A DNA stretch of 64,000 nucleotides from a bacterium (GTDB lineage Bacteria > SAR324 > NAC60-12). Made by a program: the position numbers and the translations under genes. The stretch covers positions 3,010,051 to 3,074,050 of the forward strand of contig OZ242383.1 in assembly GCA_965209155.1 (NCBI GenBank), in the 5' to 3' direction. A model generated the notes under the pieces. It was not told where the DNA came from. It made no database searches and saw only the letters and a program-made list of their open reading frames with translations. Below, piece by piece: positions 40,054 to 50,943 of this stretch. Every line of letters begins with the position of its first letter. The first letter of the stretch is position 1.

Positions 40054-41835
40054 CTAATGCCCCATGGCTTCCTTCAGCTCACTATCAATCCAGAGACGGG
40101 AGAAAACGGTGATATATCGATTTTCTCCCAACCACACCTCTCCGTTATAGCCTATGATCCACGGCTGGACCACCGTATACTCTGGGGCGATAGGGCCAAA
40201 GAGCGTCCAGAAGTTCTCTATCGCATACTGATTCAGCTCTTTAGTTATGCTGTTTACTTCCTCCATGGTGGTAGCCGCTTCCTTCTCCTTAAACTTGGCA
40301 TTATACCACGGGTCGTCGACATTGGAGGAGTCCCATGTTACATCCGTATAGCGCATCCCCCCTGCCCATCCTAATGGTACGGTTTTCCCGGCCGCTTCCG
40401 CATTGATCAATCTAAAATCTGCCGACTTTCTTCTAGCGACAAAGCCAGCAATTGGCGGTACATCAATCTCTACATCGACGCCAATCTTTTTCCAGTATGA
40501 AGCGAGTAATTGTATATAGTTCAAATCGTAGTTCGCGTTCTGCGTAAAGTCGGTCTTAAATCTCACGCCGTCCGCGCCACGCGGAAATCCGGCCTCATCA
40601 AGCAACGCTTCGGCACCTTCCGGGTCGTAGTCAAAGACCTTCTTGATCACTTCGGGCCAATCTTCGAATGGGATGATAGCCTGTGAAATAGACCGGCTCA
40701 GCTGCCCCTGAGGTATTATATCGGCATAACCCTTAAAGAAGGCGTTGTTGATTTCCTCGAGGTTCAGTGCCATTTGCAGGGCCTTGCGCACCCTGATGTC
40801 GTCAAAGGGCTCCGCCTGAACGTTCATGCCAATACTATTCTTCGAATTAAAGGCAAGCGGCCATATCACGATTTCGGGGTTGGTCTTCCGGAGGCTCTCT
40901 ACCTGATCGATAGATTTTATTTGACCTCCGCCGATCACACCTAAGTAATCAAGCTGACCCGTGCGCAGTGTCGCCAGACGTGTCGCCAGTTCCGGCATAA
41001 CTAGTGCCCTTATCCGCTCAACGTAGGGCAAGCGGTTCTGCGGGTATTTTTCATCGGTGCCCCAGTAGTCCGGATTCTTGGTCCAGGTAATAGAGCTGCC
41101 CTCGGTCCGGTGAGTCAGCATGAAGGGTCCGGTGCCGACCAAGTTCCTCCAATCCTGCATGTCCCCGTGTTTCTCAATCACTTCGGGGGGGTAGATGAAG
41201 CCGGTGAATTCGTTGAAGATAGCAGTCAGAACAGTGAGACTTGGCTCCTGCAGCTCGAAAACAACCGTATGTTTGTCGGTGGCCGTAACCGATTCCACGC
41301 TCACACCTGACAACGCACCATATCCAGCAGCTTCGCTAGGCTCGGTGAAACCACTGCCGAGTCCCAAGATACGGTGATAGTTGTACTCGATATCCTGGGC
41401 CGTCAAGGCTCTGCCATTCATGGGGGCTTTATTGTGCCAATGCACGCCCTGGCGGACTTTGACAACAACAGTTAGTGGGTCAGGTTGCGACCAGCTTTCC
41501 GCCAGAGCCCCTTTCGTGAATGTTGGAGGAGAGAAAGAATAGAAGTCAAATTTGTCCCTGGGCGTTGCCCAGTCCGCCATGCCCAGCTTCTCGACGACGG
41601 GATCGATTAGACCTTCTGACGATGAGCCTATGGCCAGGATGTCAGCACTCGTCGCTGTCACTCCCTTGGCAAAAGTTATTGTCCCGCCATACTCCGGAGC
41701 GGTCACCACCTTACCTGTGCTGGGGTCCGTTACATACTTCTGGGCGGCAGCCGGGCTGACCCAGAAAGCGGCCACCATCAGGGTGAGGGTGAGCAGAATT
41801 ACACTGAAGGTTGATTTGCTATTTTGATGATCCAT
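40054..41835 (-). CDS. ABC transporter substrate-binding protein, family 5, cassette 4
   Basis: Starts MDHQNSKS (41835) before the signal peptide. The leader hairpin element lies upstream. Confidence 0.8.
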   Translation of the reverse strand: MDHQNSKSTFSVILLTLTLMVAAFWVSPAAAQKYVTDPSTGKVVTAPEYGGTITFAKGVTATSADILAIGSSSEGLIDPVVEKLGMADWATPRDKFDFYSFSPPTFTKGALAESWSQPDPLTVVVKVRQGVHWHNKAPMNGRALTAQDIEYNYHRILGLGSGFTEPSEAAGYGALSGVSVESVTATDKHTVVFELQEPSLTVLTAIFNEFTGFIYPPEVIEKHGDMQDWRNLVGTGPFMLTHRTEGSSITWTKNPDYWGTDEKYPQNRLPYVERIRALVMPELATRLATLRTGQLDYLGVIGGGQIKSIDQVESLRKTNPEIVIWPLAFNSKNSIGMNVQAEPFDDIRVRKALQMALNLEEINNAFFKGYADIIPQGQLSRSISQAIIPFEDWPEVIKKVFDYDPEGAEALLDEAGFPRGADGVRFKTDFTQNANYDLNYIQLLASYWKKIGVDVEIDVPPIAGFVARRKSADFRLINAEAAGKTVPLGWAGGMRYTDVTWDSSNVDDPWYNAKFKEKEAATTMEEVNSITKELNQYAIENFWTLFGPIAPEYTVVQPWIIGYNGEVWLGENRYITVFSRLWIDSELKEAMGH

Positions 41836-41939
41836 CTTTTCCCTTTCAATTGCATGTTCAGAATTAAGGTTTGCTTGAAAACCTGCTTTCGTTCCCGAAA
41901 ACCCGTTCTCGACGATGCTTCTGATTATTATTTTCATTT

Positions 41940-42415
41940 TTACCTCTAATATAAAAAGTTAAAAAAGCAATATTCACCATGAATATTACCCTATCAAAAA
42001 AACCGATTCACTGGCGCCAGGATTGGGCCATGAACCCTGAGCTTTCAATTCTCTCGAGGCATTTCCATTGGCTGAAATGAACTGAGGTGCGACTCAAGGA
42101 TCTCTCCCTGAAGTCGAGATGAGATAAGGGGGACAGCCCAATGAACTGGGAACTTGGGATTTAGAACGTGGGAACTGGGCGCCGGGTGATTGAATGATAC
42201 TCTCATATTAACCTTATTGTCAAGAATTTTTATATTTGACGGGTTAATTTCAGACTTTCATGTCATCCTGATTGATAGCTGTCAGCGAAAAACCATTTCG
42301 CGACAGCGACTCTTTAAGGAAAATAGTTTATATCCAGAAAAAAATCAACATATTTTTTAAGACAGATCCGATTTAGTCATTTAAGGCAAATTTTTCTCAT
42401 ATCCAGAAATAGTAT
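41940..42415. repeat. conserved noncoding region, partial copy C
   Basis: Matches copies A and B up to ...ccagaaatagtataa, then diverges. Confidence 0.7.
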
Positions 42416-42544
42416 AAGTTGTGCTTGACTTCCCAGTACCCACTTACCATAAACGTTCGGCTTACAAAATAGAGCACTAGTATAAAAAATGACCTTCATG
42501 AGAAAATTATTTTACCTTTGACAATAAGTCTGATTCTGGAATAG

Positions 42545-42826
42545 ATGTTAATTCAGAATCTCGATAGTGAACCATTTATAGTGGGAGCAATAATGATTGA
42601 TAGGATAAACATTGATGCAAGTATTCATTTTGGCAAGCCTTGCATTGCAGGGACAAGAATTCCAGTACAAAATGTTCTGGAATTACTGAAAGAAGAAGTA
42701 TCTTTCCATGAAATTATAAAAGATTATTACCCCGATCTTAAGCCTGAAGATATCCATGCCTGTTTGGAGTATGCAATTGCGCTTGTGGCCTCTGAAGACA
42801 TTGACTTGACGCCGGAACCAGCATGA
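42545..42826 (+). CDS. DUF433-family protein (putative antitoxin)
   Basis: 93 aa; GKPCIAGTRIPVQNVLELL...YPDLKPEDIHACLEYA. Confidence 0.65.
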   Translation: MLIQNLDSEPFIVGAIMIDRINIDASIHFGKPCIAGTRIPVQNVLELLKEEVSFHEIIKDYYPDLKPEDIHACLEYAIALVASEDIDLTPEPA

Positions 42827-42900
42827 AATTTTTACTCGACCAAGATGTTTACGTAAGCACCTTGCGTTTGCTCCGCACAGAGCGGTTCACTGCTTGAAGC
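42826..42900 (+). pseudogene. truncated DUF5615-like (PIN-like) partner of DUF433
   Basis: MKFLLDQDVYVSTLRLL... then a stop after 24 codons; a dispersed repeat follows. Confidence 0.45.
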
Positions 42901-43135
42901 GCTCCTTGATCCATAACGGTCATCTCCTAAAGGGCGACTCGTCCGAAAATGCTCTCGAAATTTTTTAAATCAGGGGACTCCTCCTTAAATAGGGGAATGC
43001 CTGGAAGGAGTACTCTCACCAACCTGGCCATCTGACTTCCAATTCCTGAAGCGAAAATTCAATGATCAATCATTGTTCACAACCTTAATCAAATTCAGAA
43101 ATCTATTGCAAATGATTGGTAACTGTCCCCGAATT
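42900..43135. repeat. ~240-bp dispersed repeat (copy of 20530-20770)
   Basis: Direct alignment. Confidence 0.6.
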
Positions 43136-43164
43136 TTCGGAATCCGTAATCCCGGCAAAACAAT

Positions 43165-43365
43165 TCAATCTCGTGTCGTATAAAGTTTATTCACTTTTTT
43201 CTCCAGTGCGTCCAAGCGACTTTCCAGCTCTTCCAGGTATTTCAGAAGGGCGAGGGAAATGTTTAGCTCCCGGGCTCTGTCTTCACTTTTTTGCAATGCT
43301 TTTTCCTGAACGGCCGCTTCCATCTTTTTTTGAAGATCCAGTAAATTTCCGGATTCGTTCATCAT
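43165..43365 (-). CDS. small coiled-coil protein
   Basis: 66 aa, heptad-rich (LEELESRLDALEKKV). Confidence 0.35.
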   Translation of the reverse strand: MMNESGNLLDLQKKMEAAVQEKALQKSEDRARELNISLALLKYLEELESRLDALEKKVNKLYTTRD

Positions 43366-43374
43366 TTCCTCCTC

Positions 43375-44460
43375 TCAGGGTCTCACCTCATAATACAGAT
43401 TGGCCGGGTCGTCAAAATCATGTTCTTTGAATTGGGTGAAACCGGCCTCATGGGTCATTTTGCGGGCCACGTGCGGATTGAAACCCAACGTCCCCAATCC
43501 CATACCACCGGGTTCTGACATCGCAGAAGACAGACACGACGCGATAGAAAAACCATACATCATGGCCAATACCGGGTTTCTCGTATTTTCTTCAAAATCG
43601 GGGTCACTCCGGATGTCTTTGATCAGCCAGGTTCCTTCCGGCTTGAGGGCTTTGTAAATTGCGGCAATGACTCGGTCCGGTCGTGTCATATCGTGGATAC
43701 AATCCAGGGTAATTAAAAAGTCGAAAGTGGGTTCACCAGGTAGATCTTCACCCCGTGCTACGTGAAATTTTACGTTCCCAACCCCTGCTTTTGCGGCTCT
43801 CTCCTGCGCCTGTTCGATGGCAAAAGAAGAGGAATCGTAACCATGAAATTCCGATTGTGGGAAGGCCTCGGCCAGCGCAGTCAATGCCACTCCCGCACCA
43901 CAACCGACGTCCGCAGCAGCGCCCCCTCGTTTCAACTTGGATACCACCCCCTCCAGGGCTGGTAAAATGGTTGGAACGAGTGCCAGTCTGGACCAAGGTC
44001 CCAGCGTACGCGCAATTTGATGCGCGGCGGCAGGACCGAGATCCTGGTAAGTCAATCCGATTCCCGTGCGAAAGGCGTCCGCCAGACTTTTTACGATATC
44101 CGGATGCATCGGTTCCCCAAAAGCGCCTGTTGCGAACCACAAGCTGCTTTCCTCGTTGACCAGGACTTCTCTTCCGATTGCAGTCAATTCAAAACGATTC
44201 CCGGATTCGTGCGCCAGCAAGCCTGCTGCCGCTTGGTTGCGCAACCACTCCAGGAGCCAGCGTTCGTGCAAACCCGTCTTCTCTGCAAGTGCCTTCGCAG
44301 TCGTCATTCCGGCTCCATCCAAGGCTTGATACAATCCAAGGCGATCCCCCAAGTGGATCATTAAAGAAACCATTTCCCCTTCCTTGTACTTCCAGACTTT
44401 TAAGGAAAACTCCTCCAATTCTTCCTGGTCCAGTACCTTTTTTTTGATTTTTTCCGTCAT
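43375..44460 (-). CDS. class I SAM-dependent methyltransferase with N-terminal winged-helix/dimerisation region
   Basis: Motif I VGCGAGVALTALA; 361 aa. Confidence 0.75.
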   Translation of the reverse strand: MTEKIKKKVLDQEELEEFSLKVWKYKEGEMVSLMIHLGDRLGLYQALDGAGMTTAKALAEKTGLHERWLLEWLRNQAAAGLLAHESGNRFELTAIGREVLVNEESSLWFATGAFGEPMHPDIVKSLADAFRTGIGLTYQDLGPAAAHQIARTLGPWSRLALVPTILPALEGVVSKLKRGGAAADVGCGAGVALTALAEAFPQSEFHGYDSSSFAIEQAQERAAKAGVGNVKFHVARGEDLPGEPTFDFLITLDCIHDMTRPDRVIAAIYKALKPEGTWLIKDIRSDPDFEENTRNPVLAMMYGFSIASCLSSAMSEPGGMGLGTLGFNPHVARKMTHEAGFTQFKEHDFDDPANLYYEVRP

Positions 44461-44563
44461 TTATTTTGCTCCGTGGAGTTCATCGGATTCTGAAGATACT
44501 CCCTAAGGTCTTTTTAGCCAGTCTTCTTTAAAAAGACGATGCCGCCGCACTGGCAAAGCAACT

Positions 44564-45163
44564 TCACTTTCTTTGCCTGCTTTGAAAAACCATGGCGCTG
44601 TTACCTGAAACCACTTGCCAGGCGCCTTCCCGGATTTCCTGTTCCAACTGGCCCGGCCACCAACCGGCATACCCCAGGTAAACTCGAAATTGCTCCCCGG
44701 AATTGCTGAATCGGGAAACCATTTCGAAGAGTCTGCGACTGCCTCCGAAATAGATGTTTTCCAGAACGTGAATTGTTTCATCGGGAGGGGAGGGCGTTTG
44801 GATCAAAAGAAATGCCTGGCTCCTGGCCACGGGTCCCCCAATATACAAACGATTTTCCTCAGGGATCCCTTTAAATTCCGCTCCCAATGCTGAAAGTTCG
44901 ATGTTCGTTGGTCGATTGACGATCAGCCCCATACTGCCGGATGCGCTGTGATCCGTCAGCAAAATGATGGTTTCTCCGAAATAAGTGCCTTGCAATTGCG
45001 GATTGGCAATCAGGAACTTTCCTTTTGCCAATTCCTCCCGAAGCGGACGCTTGGAGAGGGCTGCCAATTGGGCCGGGGAGTTGAACAAGAGATTCTGTTC
45101 TGCCCATTCTGCTGAAACCCAACACAGCAAAATCAGGCAGGCGAATATCGAAATATTTTTCAT
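44564..45163 (-). CDS. YqgE/AlgH (DUF179, UPF0301) family protein with signal peptide
   Basis: FLIANPQL...GETIILLTDHSASGSMGLIVNRP pattern. Start taken at MKNISIFACLILL; the ORF track extends to 45259. Confidence 0.65.
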   Translation of the reverse strand: MKNISIFACLILLCWVSAEWAEQNLLFNSPAQLAALSKRPLREELAKGKFLIANPQLQGTYFGETIILLTDHSASGSMGLIVNRPTNIELSALGAEFKGIPEENRLYIGGPVARSQAFLLIQTPSPPDETIHVLENIYFGGSRRLFEMVSRFSNSGEQFRVYLGYAGWWPGQLEQEIREGAWQVVSGNSAMVFQSRQRK

Positions 45164-45382
45164 ACCATCTCCACGCTGAATTCTCATAAAACCCATGCGA
45201 ATGACGATTATTCGACAATGCGACTTGAAAAGTCCAGCGAAATTTCTTGAATATGCCAATTTATTGTAAGTGTGCTGGTGCGCATGAATTGACTTTATAC
45301 GAGCTGTCGATATATTTAAGTCTCGACCCCGAAGGAAAAAGTAGCATAATAATCAAATTCGACCCATCACGATTCGAGATTC

Positions 45383-47059
45383 ATGAGTAAACGAACAGGG
45401 GGACATATCCTGGCGGATCAACTCAAAATTCAGGGAGTGAAACGTGTTTTCTGTTTGCCTGGTGAGAGTTTTTTAGAGTTGTTGGACGGGCTTTATGAAC
45501 ACAGGGACACCATCCAGGTTATCACCGCCCGGCATGAGGGAGGCGCGGCCAATATGGCTGAGGCGTCTGCCAAACTGACGGGTGATCCGGGAGTGTGTCT
45601 GGTGACCCGCGGACCAGGCGCCACTAATGCATCCATTGGAATTCATACGGCATTTCAAGATTCCACTCCCCTGATTCTTCTCATAGGCCAGGTAGGGCGT
45701 TCGATGGTGGACCGGGAAGCCTTTCAAGAAATCGATTTCCGTCGTATGTTCGGAGAGATGGCAAAATGGGTTGCGCAAATCGAAATGGCCTCCCGCATTC
45801 CGGAATACGTCGGCCGGGCGTTTCACGTCGCCCTTTCCGGAAGACCGGGTCCCGTGGTGCTGGCCTTGCCGGAAGACATGCTTCGTGAAGAGGCCGACGT
45901 GGAGGACGGCAATCCGGCGCATCGCATCCAAGCGGCTCCTTCTCCCCGGGCCATGGAAGCATTCCGCAGGCACCTGGAAAGCGCTGAATCTCCTTTACTG
46001 ATTGTCGGAGGCGCCACCTGGACCGCAGAGGCGATTGCCCGTATTACCGAATTCGTGGAAGCGAACCGGCTACCGGTTGCAGCATCTTTTCGAGCCCAGG
46101 ATTGCTTCGACAACCGGCATCCCCAATATATCGGGGACGTCGGCATCGCCATCAATCCGTACCTGGAAAATCGTTTCAAAAGCAGTGATTTGCTGATTGC
46201 CGCCGGACCCAGGCTCGGGGAAATGACGACTTCCGGTTACACGCTGCTCGACGTTCCCAATCCCACCCAGAAGTTGGTCCATATTCACCCCGGAGCCGGA
46301 GAATTGGGCAGTGTTTTTTATCCCACCCTGGCCATCAACTCCTCCATGCCGGAATTTGCTGCCGCCCTCAGTTTGCTGCCCCCTGTGGATAGCAGTCGAT
46401 GGCAGGCAAACCTGGTCGATGCGCGTGAATCCTACTTGAAACATATCGTGCCCACTCCGGTTCCGGGAGCCCTCAATTTTGGTGAAATCGTCACACATTT
46501 GAGTGAAGTGTTGCCTGAAGAAAGCATCATCACCAATGGCGCGGGAAATTATACGGTGTGGGTGCATCGTTTTTTTCAGCACAAACGTTTCCGCACGCAA
46601 ATTGCTCCCAGCAACGGCGCCATGGGATATTCGGTACCTGCTGCCATCGGTGCGAAACTGTCTGCGCCGGAACGATGCGTGGTCAGTTTTAACGGTGATG
46701 GATGTTTCCAGATTTTCGGCCAGGAGCTGGGAACTGCCATGCAATACGGGGTGGCCGTGATTTTTATCGTCGTCAACAACGGAATGCTGGGCACCATCCG
46801 CATGCACCAGGAACGTCACCATCCGGCACGCGTGATGGCCACCGATTTGAAAAACCCTGATTTTGTCGCGCTCGCTCGAGCTTATGGCGCGTTTGGGGAA
46901 CGGGTGTCCCGAACCGAAGCCTTTCCACCAGCATTTGATAGGGCCAGGGCCAGTGGCAAACCGGCTCTCCTGGAATTGATCGTCGACCCGGAAGCGCTCA
47001 CTCCAAAACAATCTCTCAGTGCCATACGAAAGGCTTCGCAAACGAAAATGAGTGATTGA
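45383..47059 (+). CDS. thiamine-pyrophosphate-dependent enzyme (acetolactate-synthase-like)
   Basis: 558 aa; N-terminal pyrimidine-binding, central and C-terminal TPP-binding regions (GDG...NN). Confidence 0.8.
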   Translation: MSKRTGGHILADQLKIQGVKRVFCLPGESFLELLDGLYEHRDTIQVITARHEGGAANMAEASAKLTGDPGVCLVTRGPGATNASIGIHTAFQDSTPLILLIGQVGRSMVDREAFQEIDFRRMFGEMAKWVAQIEMASRIPEYVGRAFHVALSGRPGPVVLALPEDMLREEADVEDGNPAHRIQAAPSPRAMEAFRRHLESAESPLLIVGGATWTAEAIARITEFVEANRLPVAASFRAQDCFDNRHPQYIGDVGIAINPYLENRFKSSDLLIAAGPRLGEMTTSGYTLLDVPNPTQKLVHIHPGAGELGSVFYPTLAINSSMPEFAAALSLLPPVDSSRWQANLVDARESYLKHIVPTPVPGALNFGEIVTHLSEVLPEESIITNGAGNYTVWVHRFFQHKRFRTQIAPSNGAMGYSVPAAIGAKLSAPERCVVSFNGDGCFQIFGQELGTAMQYGVAVIFIVVNNGMLGTIRMHQERHHPARVMATDLKNPDFVALARAYGAFGERVSRTEAFPPAFDRARASGKPALLELIVDPEALTPKQSLSAIRKASQTKMSD

Positions 47060-47113
47060 GCGATTCCCTCTTGCCCAGTATCGTTGCAAAAACATGCGTT
47101 ATCCGGAGTTGAC

Positions 47114-50100
47114 ATGCCCCTGAACCTGGATTTTTCTGCAGATGCGAACGTCGTTTCCACTATCGCCGAAGCGCATCGCCTGGCTTTCGGCCATCTCTTC
47201 AATCCCACCTACGCTACTGAAACCTCCCGGATCGATCCCCTTCCCCATCAACGGATTGCCGTCTACGAACACATGTTGCCACAGTCCCCGCTTCGTTTTC
47301 TGTTAGCAGACGACGCGGGAGCCGGTAAGACGATCATGACGGGGCTGTACGTGCGCGAAATGCTGTCGCGGCAACTCATTCATCGCGTACTCATCGTGCC
47401 ACCTGCCGGCCTGGTGGGCAACTGGGAACGTGAATTGTGGAACCTGTTTCACTTGCAATTCAATATCATCAGTGGCGCTGACGCGCGATCCGGTAATCCC
47501 TTTCTTGGTCCGGAAAGTGACCTGGTTATCGTCAGCATCGACACCCTGGCCGGTGAACGCCTATTCAGTCAACTCGAAGACCCAACGACCATAGCCTATG
47601 ATCTCGTAGTTTTCGACGAGGCTCACAAGCTCTCCGCGAATCGTCTGCCGGATATGCGGGTTCGCAAAACAGACCGCTACAAACTGGCGGAAGCCATCGC
47701 GGGAGCCGGGAGCGGCAGTGAACCATGGACCCTGCGCTGGTCCGCTCAAAACCTGCTGCTCTTGACGGCAACGCCTCACATGGGAAAGGACGAGCCCTAT
47801 TATTACCTGTGGCGTTTGTTGTTGCCAGACGAGCTCTCGACATACGATGCATTCGCCAGGATCTCCAAGGAGCACCAAAGGAAGCATTACATTCGCCGTA
47901 CCAAGGAGGAGATGGTCCACTTTGATGGCTCCCCGCTCTATCCCCGGAGATCCTGCAACACGATAAGCTACGAACTGACTCGAGGAGTGGGAAGCGAACA
48001 GGAACTATACGACGAAACGACGGACTACATCCGCAGTTACTACAACCGGGCCCGCTTCCTGAATCGATCCGCCGCCCGCCTGGCAATGAGCGTTTTCCAG
48101 CGCCGGCTTGCCAGCTCCACTTATGCCCTGGTGCGTTCTTTCGAGCGTCGCGAGGAAAAACTCAGGGGTTGGATCAACGACATTCGGAATGGTCGGCTCA
48201 GTGAGGAACGACTCGCGCAACAACAACGAATCCTTGATCAGCTTGATGATCCTTTTGCAACGAGTACCGCTGATGAGGACAGCATAACTGGAGACGCCGG
48301 TGAACGACTCGAGGACTTCGAAGGCGGTCTCCTGGCCGGCACCGTCGCGGTCAGTCTCAGCGAACTCGAGACGGAACTTTCCCGGGTCGCGGAGTTGCTC
48401 GACCAGGCAAAGAAACTGGACAACGCCGGGGAAGAATCCAAGTTCGAGAAGCTCCGGGAAGTCCTCCAGGATCCCGAATATGCCGACCAGAAATTCATTA
48501 TCTTCACTGAACATCGTGATACGGCGCATTTCCTGGTACGCCGGCTCGAAAGCCTTGGTTTCACCGGTCTGGTCTCCCTGATCCACGGTGGCTTACCATA
48601 CCAGGAACGCGAGCGGCAAGTGGAGTTTTTCCGCAAACCCGTGGACGAGGGGGGAGCCAATTACCTGGTGGCCACCGACGCTGCCGGAGAGGGAATCAAT
48701 CTCCAGTTTTGCTGGTTGATGGTGAATTACGACATCCCCTGGAATCCGGCGCGGCTCGAGCAGCGGATGGGAAGAATTCATCGCTATGGCCAGGAGCATG
48801 ACCCGGTGATCATCATCAACCTGGTGGCGGGAAGCACTCGTGAAGGACGAGTTCTGAGGACCTTGCTCGACAAGCTCGAATCGATCCGCCAACAACTCCA
48901 GTCCGACAAGGTTTTCGACGTCATCGGCCGCCTCTTCCAGGACCTGTCTATCAGCGATTACCTCGAACAGGCGCTCACGGAAGAAGACCCTGCGGCAGCG
49001 GCCGCACGATTGCAAGGCGACTTCACGCAGGAGCAGGTGAGCGCTCTTGAAGAAAAGGAACGCGCTCTGTTTGGAGAGGGAGGCGAAGTCCGTCGCAAAC
49101 TGGCAAGTCTCAACGATCAGGCGGAGCAGGAAAGTTACCGGCGTCTTCTCCCCGGCTACGTACGACGATTCGTGGAGAAAGCGGCGCCTTTGCTCAATCT
49201 GCGGATCGAAGGAAACCTGGAGACAACCTTCACCCTGCTCCCGCAACGACCCTGTGCGCTCGATCCGTTGTTACGGGCGTTTGAAATGTATCCCGAATCC
49301 GCCCGCGGTCACCTGACAGTGTCCAAGCCTCGAAACGACGAAGAGGCGATCTGGATGCACCCCGGCGAACCACTCTTTGATCGAATCTCCTCCTTGATTT
49401 TAAGCCGCTTCGCAGACGAAGGACTGAAAGGCGCCGTGTTCATCGACCCTCACGCAGCCGAACCGTACCTGTTCCATATTGCCTTGGTTTCCGTTGAACG
49501 TTCTCACGGCCAGGACAACGCGGAGTCGATCGACCTGTTGAACAATGCGGGCGACGATGAAACAGGTGCCCGGGTTCCCAACCATTCGACCGAAATGGAC
49601 CGTGGGATGCGAGTTGATTCCAGGTTGGTCGGTCTGCGTCAAAGGGAGGACGGTACCTTTGAGGATTCTCCGGTTGAGCATTTGCTTCTGCTGCGGGGAA
49701 CCCGGAATTTTGCGCCGGGCCGGGTGCCGCTTGCACGCCGAGCACGAAGTTTGGTATCCGCTGCGTATGATTTTGCTCGGGATGAAGTGGTGGAACGTAT
49801 GGTAGAGTTCAACCAACAGCGAATTCTCGATGAATTACCGGCTCGTATGGAGCAGGTCCGTCGGGGCTTTGACCACCAGGCCGCGGAACTCGCGCAGGTC
49901 CGGAGCCGCATTAGCGAAAAAGCCCGCACTGGTGATCGAAAAGCGGCGGAAGAACTCTCCCGGATCAAGGAACGGCAGCGGAGTTTGAAGGCAGCCAAAA
50001 CCCGTCGACTCGACGAACTGGCATCCGAACCGCATCTTATTCAGCCTGGTGCAGTCGAATTCCTTGCGCATGCCCTCGTGGTACCCGTCCAGAATCAAGA

Positions 50101-50602
50101 GGAAATCGAGCGTTACGATGCGGACGTTGAAGCGATCGCCATCAAATTTGCGGTTACATACGAGAAAAGCTTTGGCGCCGAGGTGAAGGACGTTTCACGT
50201 CCCGAACTCGCGCACCGTGCGGGGCTGACCGCCTGGCCCGGCTTCGATCTCCTGTCCCGCCGTCCTGCGAGCTCTCATGATCCTGTGGAAGGTTCCCGCA
50301 CGATCGATCAAAAGATATCATGGACGCATTCCCGCCCGGTCGAGCCAAATGTACGCTACGAGGAGCGAGCCATCGAAGTCAAGGGCCGTACCGGCACGGG
50401 TATCATCGAGATGAGCGATAATGAATGGACCAGGGCCTGCAATCTCCGTGACCGGTACTGGCTTTACGTCGTTTTTGACTGCGCCACCCCACGCCCGCGT
50501 TTGCTGCGGGTGTGCAACCCCTTCGCCAGGCTGTTCACCCGAAGCCGTGAATCTCAGGCCTTCACTTTCACCGCCAACTCGCTCTTGGAGATCGCCGAAT
50601 AA
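47114..50602 (+). CDS. SNF2/DEAD-like helicase with C-terminal DUF3883-like domain
   Basis: Helicase motifs I LLADDAGAGKT, II VVFDEAHKL, III LLLTATP and VI QRMGRIHRYGQ. C-terminal ...EVKGRTGTGIIEMSDNEWTRACNLRDRYWLYVVFDCATP. ATG at 47114 preceded by GGAG; the track's TTG start is at 47084. Confidence 0.8.
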   Translation: MPLNLDFSADANVVSTIAEAHRLAFGHLFNPTYATETSRIDPLPHQRIAVYEHMLPQSPLRFLLADDAGAGKTIMTGLYVREMLSRQLIHRVLIVPPAGLVGNWERELWNLFHLQFNIISGADARSGNPFLGPESDLVIVSIDTLAGERLFSQLEDPTTIAYDLVVFDEAHKLSANRLPDMRVRKTDRYKLAEAIAGAGSGSEPWTLRWSAQNLLLLTATPHMGKDEPYYYLWRLLLPDELSTYDAFARISKEHQRKHYIRRTKEEMVHFDGSPLYPRRSCNTISYELTRGVGSEQELYDETTDYIRSYYNRARFLNRSAARLAMSVFQRRLASSTYALVRSFERREEKLRGWINDIRNGRLSEERLAQQQRILDQLDDPFATSTADEDSITGDAGERLEDFEGGLLAGTVAVSLSELETELSRVAELLDQAKKLDNAGEESKFEKLREVLQDPEYADQKFIIFTEHRDTAHFLVRRLESLGFTGLVSLIHGGLPYQERERQVEFFRKPVDEGGANYLVATDAAGEGINLQFCWLMVNYDIPWNPARLEQRMGRIHRYGQEHDPVIIINLVAGSTREGRVLRTLLDKLESIRQQLQSDKVFDVIGRLFQDLSISDYLEQALTEEDPAAAAARLQGDFTQEQVSALEEKERALFGEGGEVRRKLASLNDQAEQESYRRLLPGYVRRFVEKAAPLLNLRIEGNLETTFTLLPQRPCALDPLLRAFEMYPESARGHLTVSKPRNDEEAIWMHPGEPLFDRISSLILSRFADEGLKGAVFIDPHAAEPYLFHIALVSVERSHGQDNAESIDLLNNAGDDETGARVPNHSTEMDRGMRVDSRLVGLRQREDGTFEDSPVEHLLLLRGTRNFAPGRVPLARRARSLVSAAYDFARDEVVERMVEFNQQRILDELPARMEQVRRGFDHQAAELAQVRSRISEKARTGDRKAAEELSRIKERQRSLKAAKTRRLDELASEPHLIQPGAVEFLAHALVVPVQNQEEIERYDADVEAIAIKFAVTYEKSFGAEVKDVSRPELAHRAGLTAWPGFDLLSRRPASSHDPVEGSRTIDQKISWTHSRPVEPNVRYEERAIEVKGRTGTGIIEMSDNEWTRACNLRDRYWLYVVFDCATPRPRLLRVCNPFARLFTRSRESQAFTFTANSLLEIAE

Positions 50603-50943
50603 AACCGAATGGCAAAGTGAAATGAAAGGAACGCGCGTGATACCGTTTTTATTGCAGTCGTATCCCGAATTCAATGGACAAGTTTGACGATCACTCGTAT
50701 GTTATATGTATATCAATACTGGAAACAGTGAGGTTCGAATTCGAAGGTTCTGCATACCATTATTCTTGCTGGCATGAACGCCGCCGTGTTTCCCGACGAG
50801 ATCCTCAGTTTTCTCGCGAATTACCTGGTGGAGAAGTTGCGCCACGGAGTGCCTCACATGAATGCGGTTCGGCATTGAAAAATCTACGGTTTGTCAAATA
50901 GTTTGAAGAAATACCTGAGTATACCGAAGGAAAGGTTAATAAA

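Noticed and set aside
47561-50674. Numerous 100-220-aa ORFs on the minus strand inside the helicase gene (47561..48586, 48593..49246 and others)
   Set aside because: They are antisense to a long, motif-rich helicase ORF. GC-rich coding DNA commonly leaves open antisense frames. No recognisable families.
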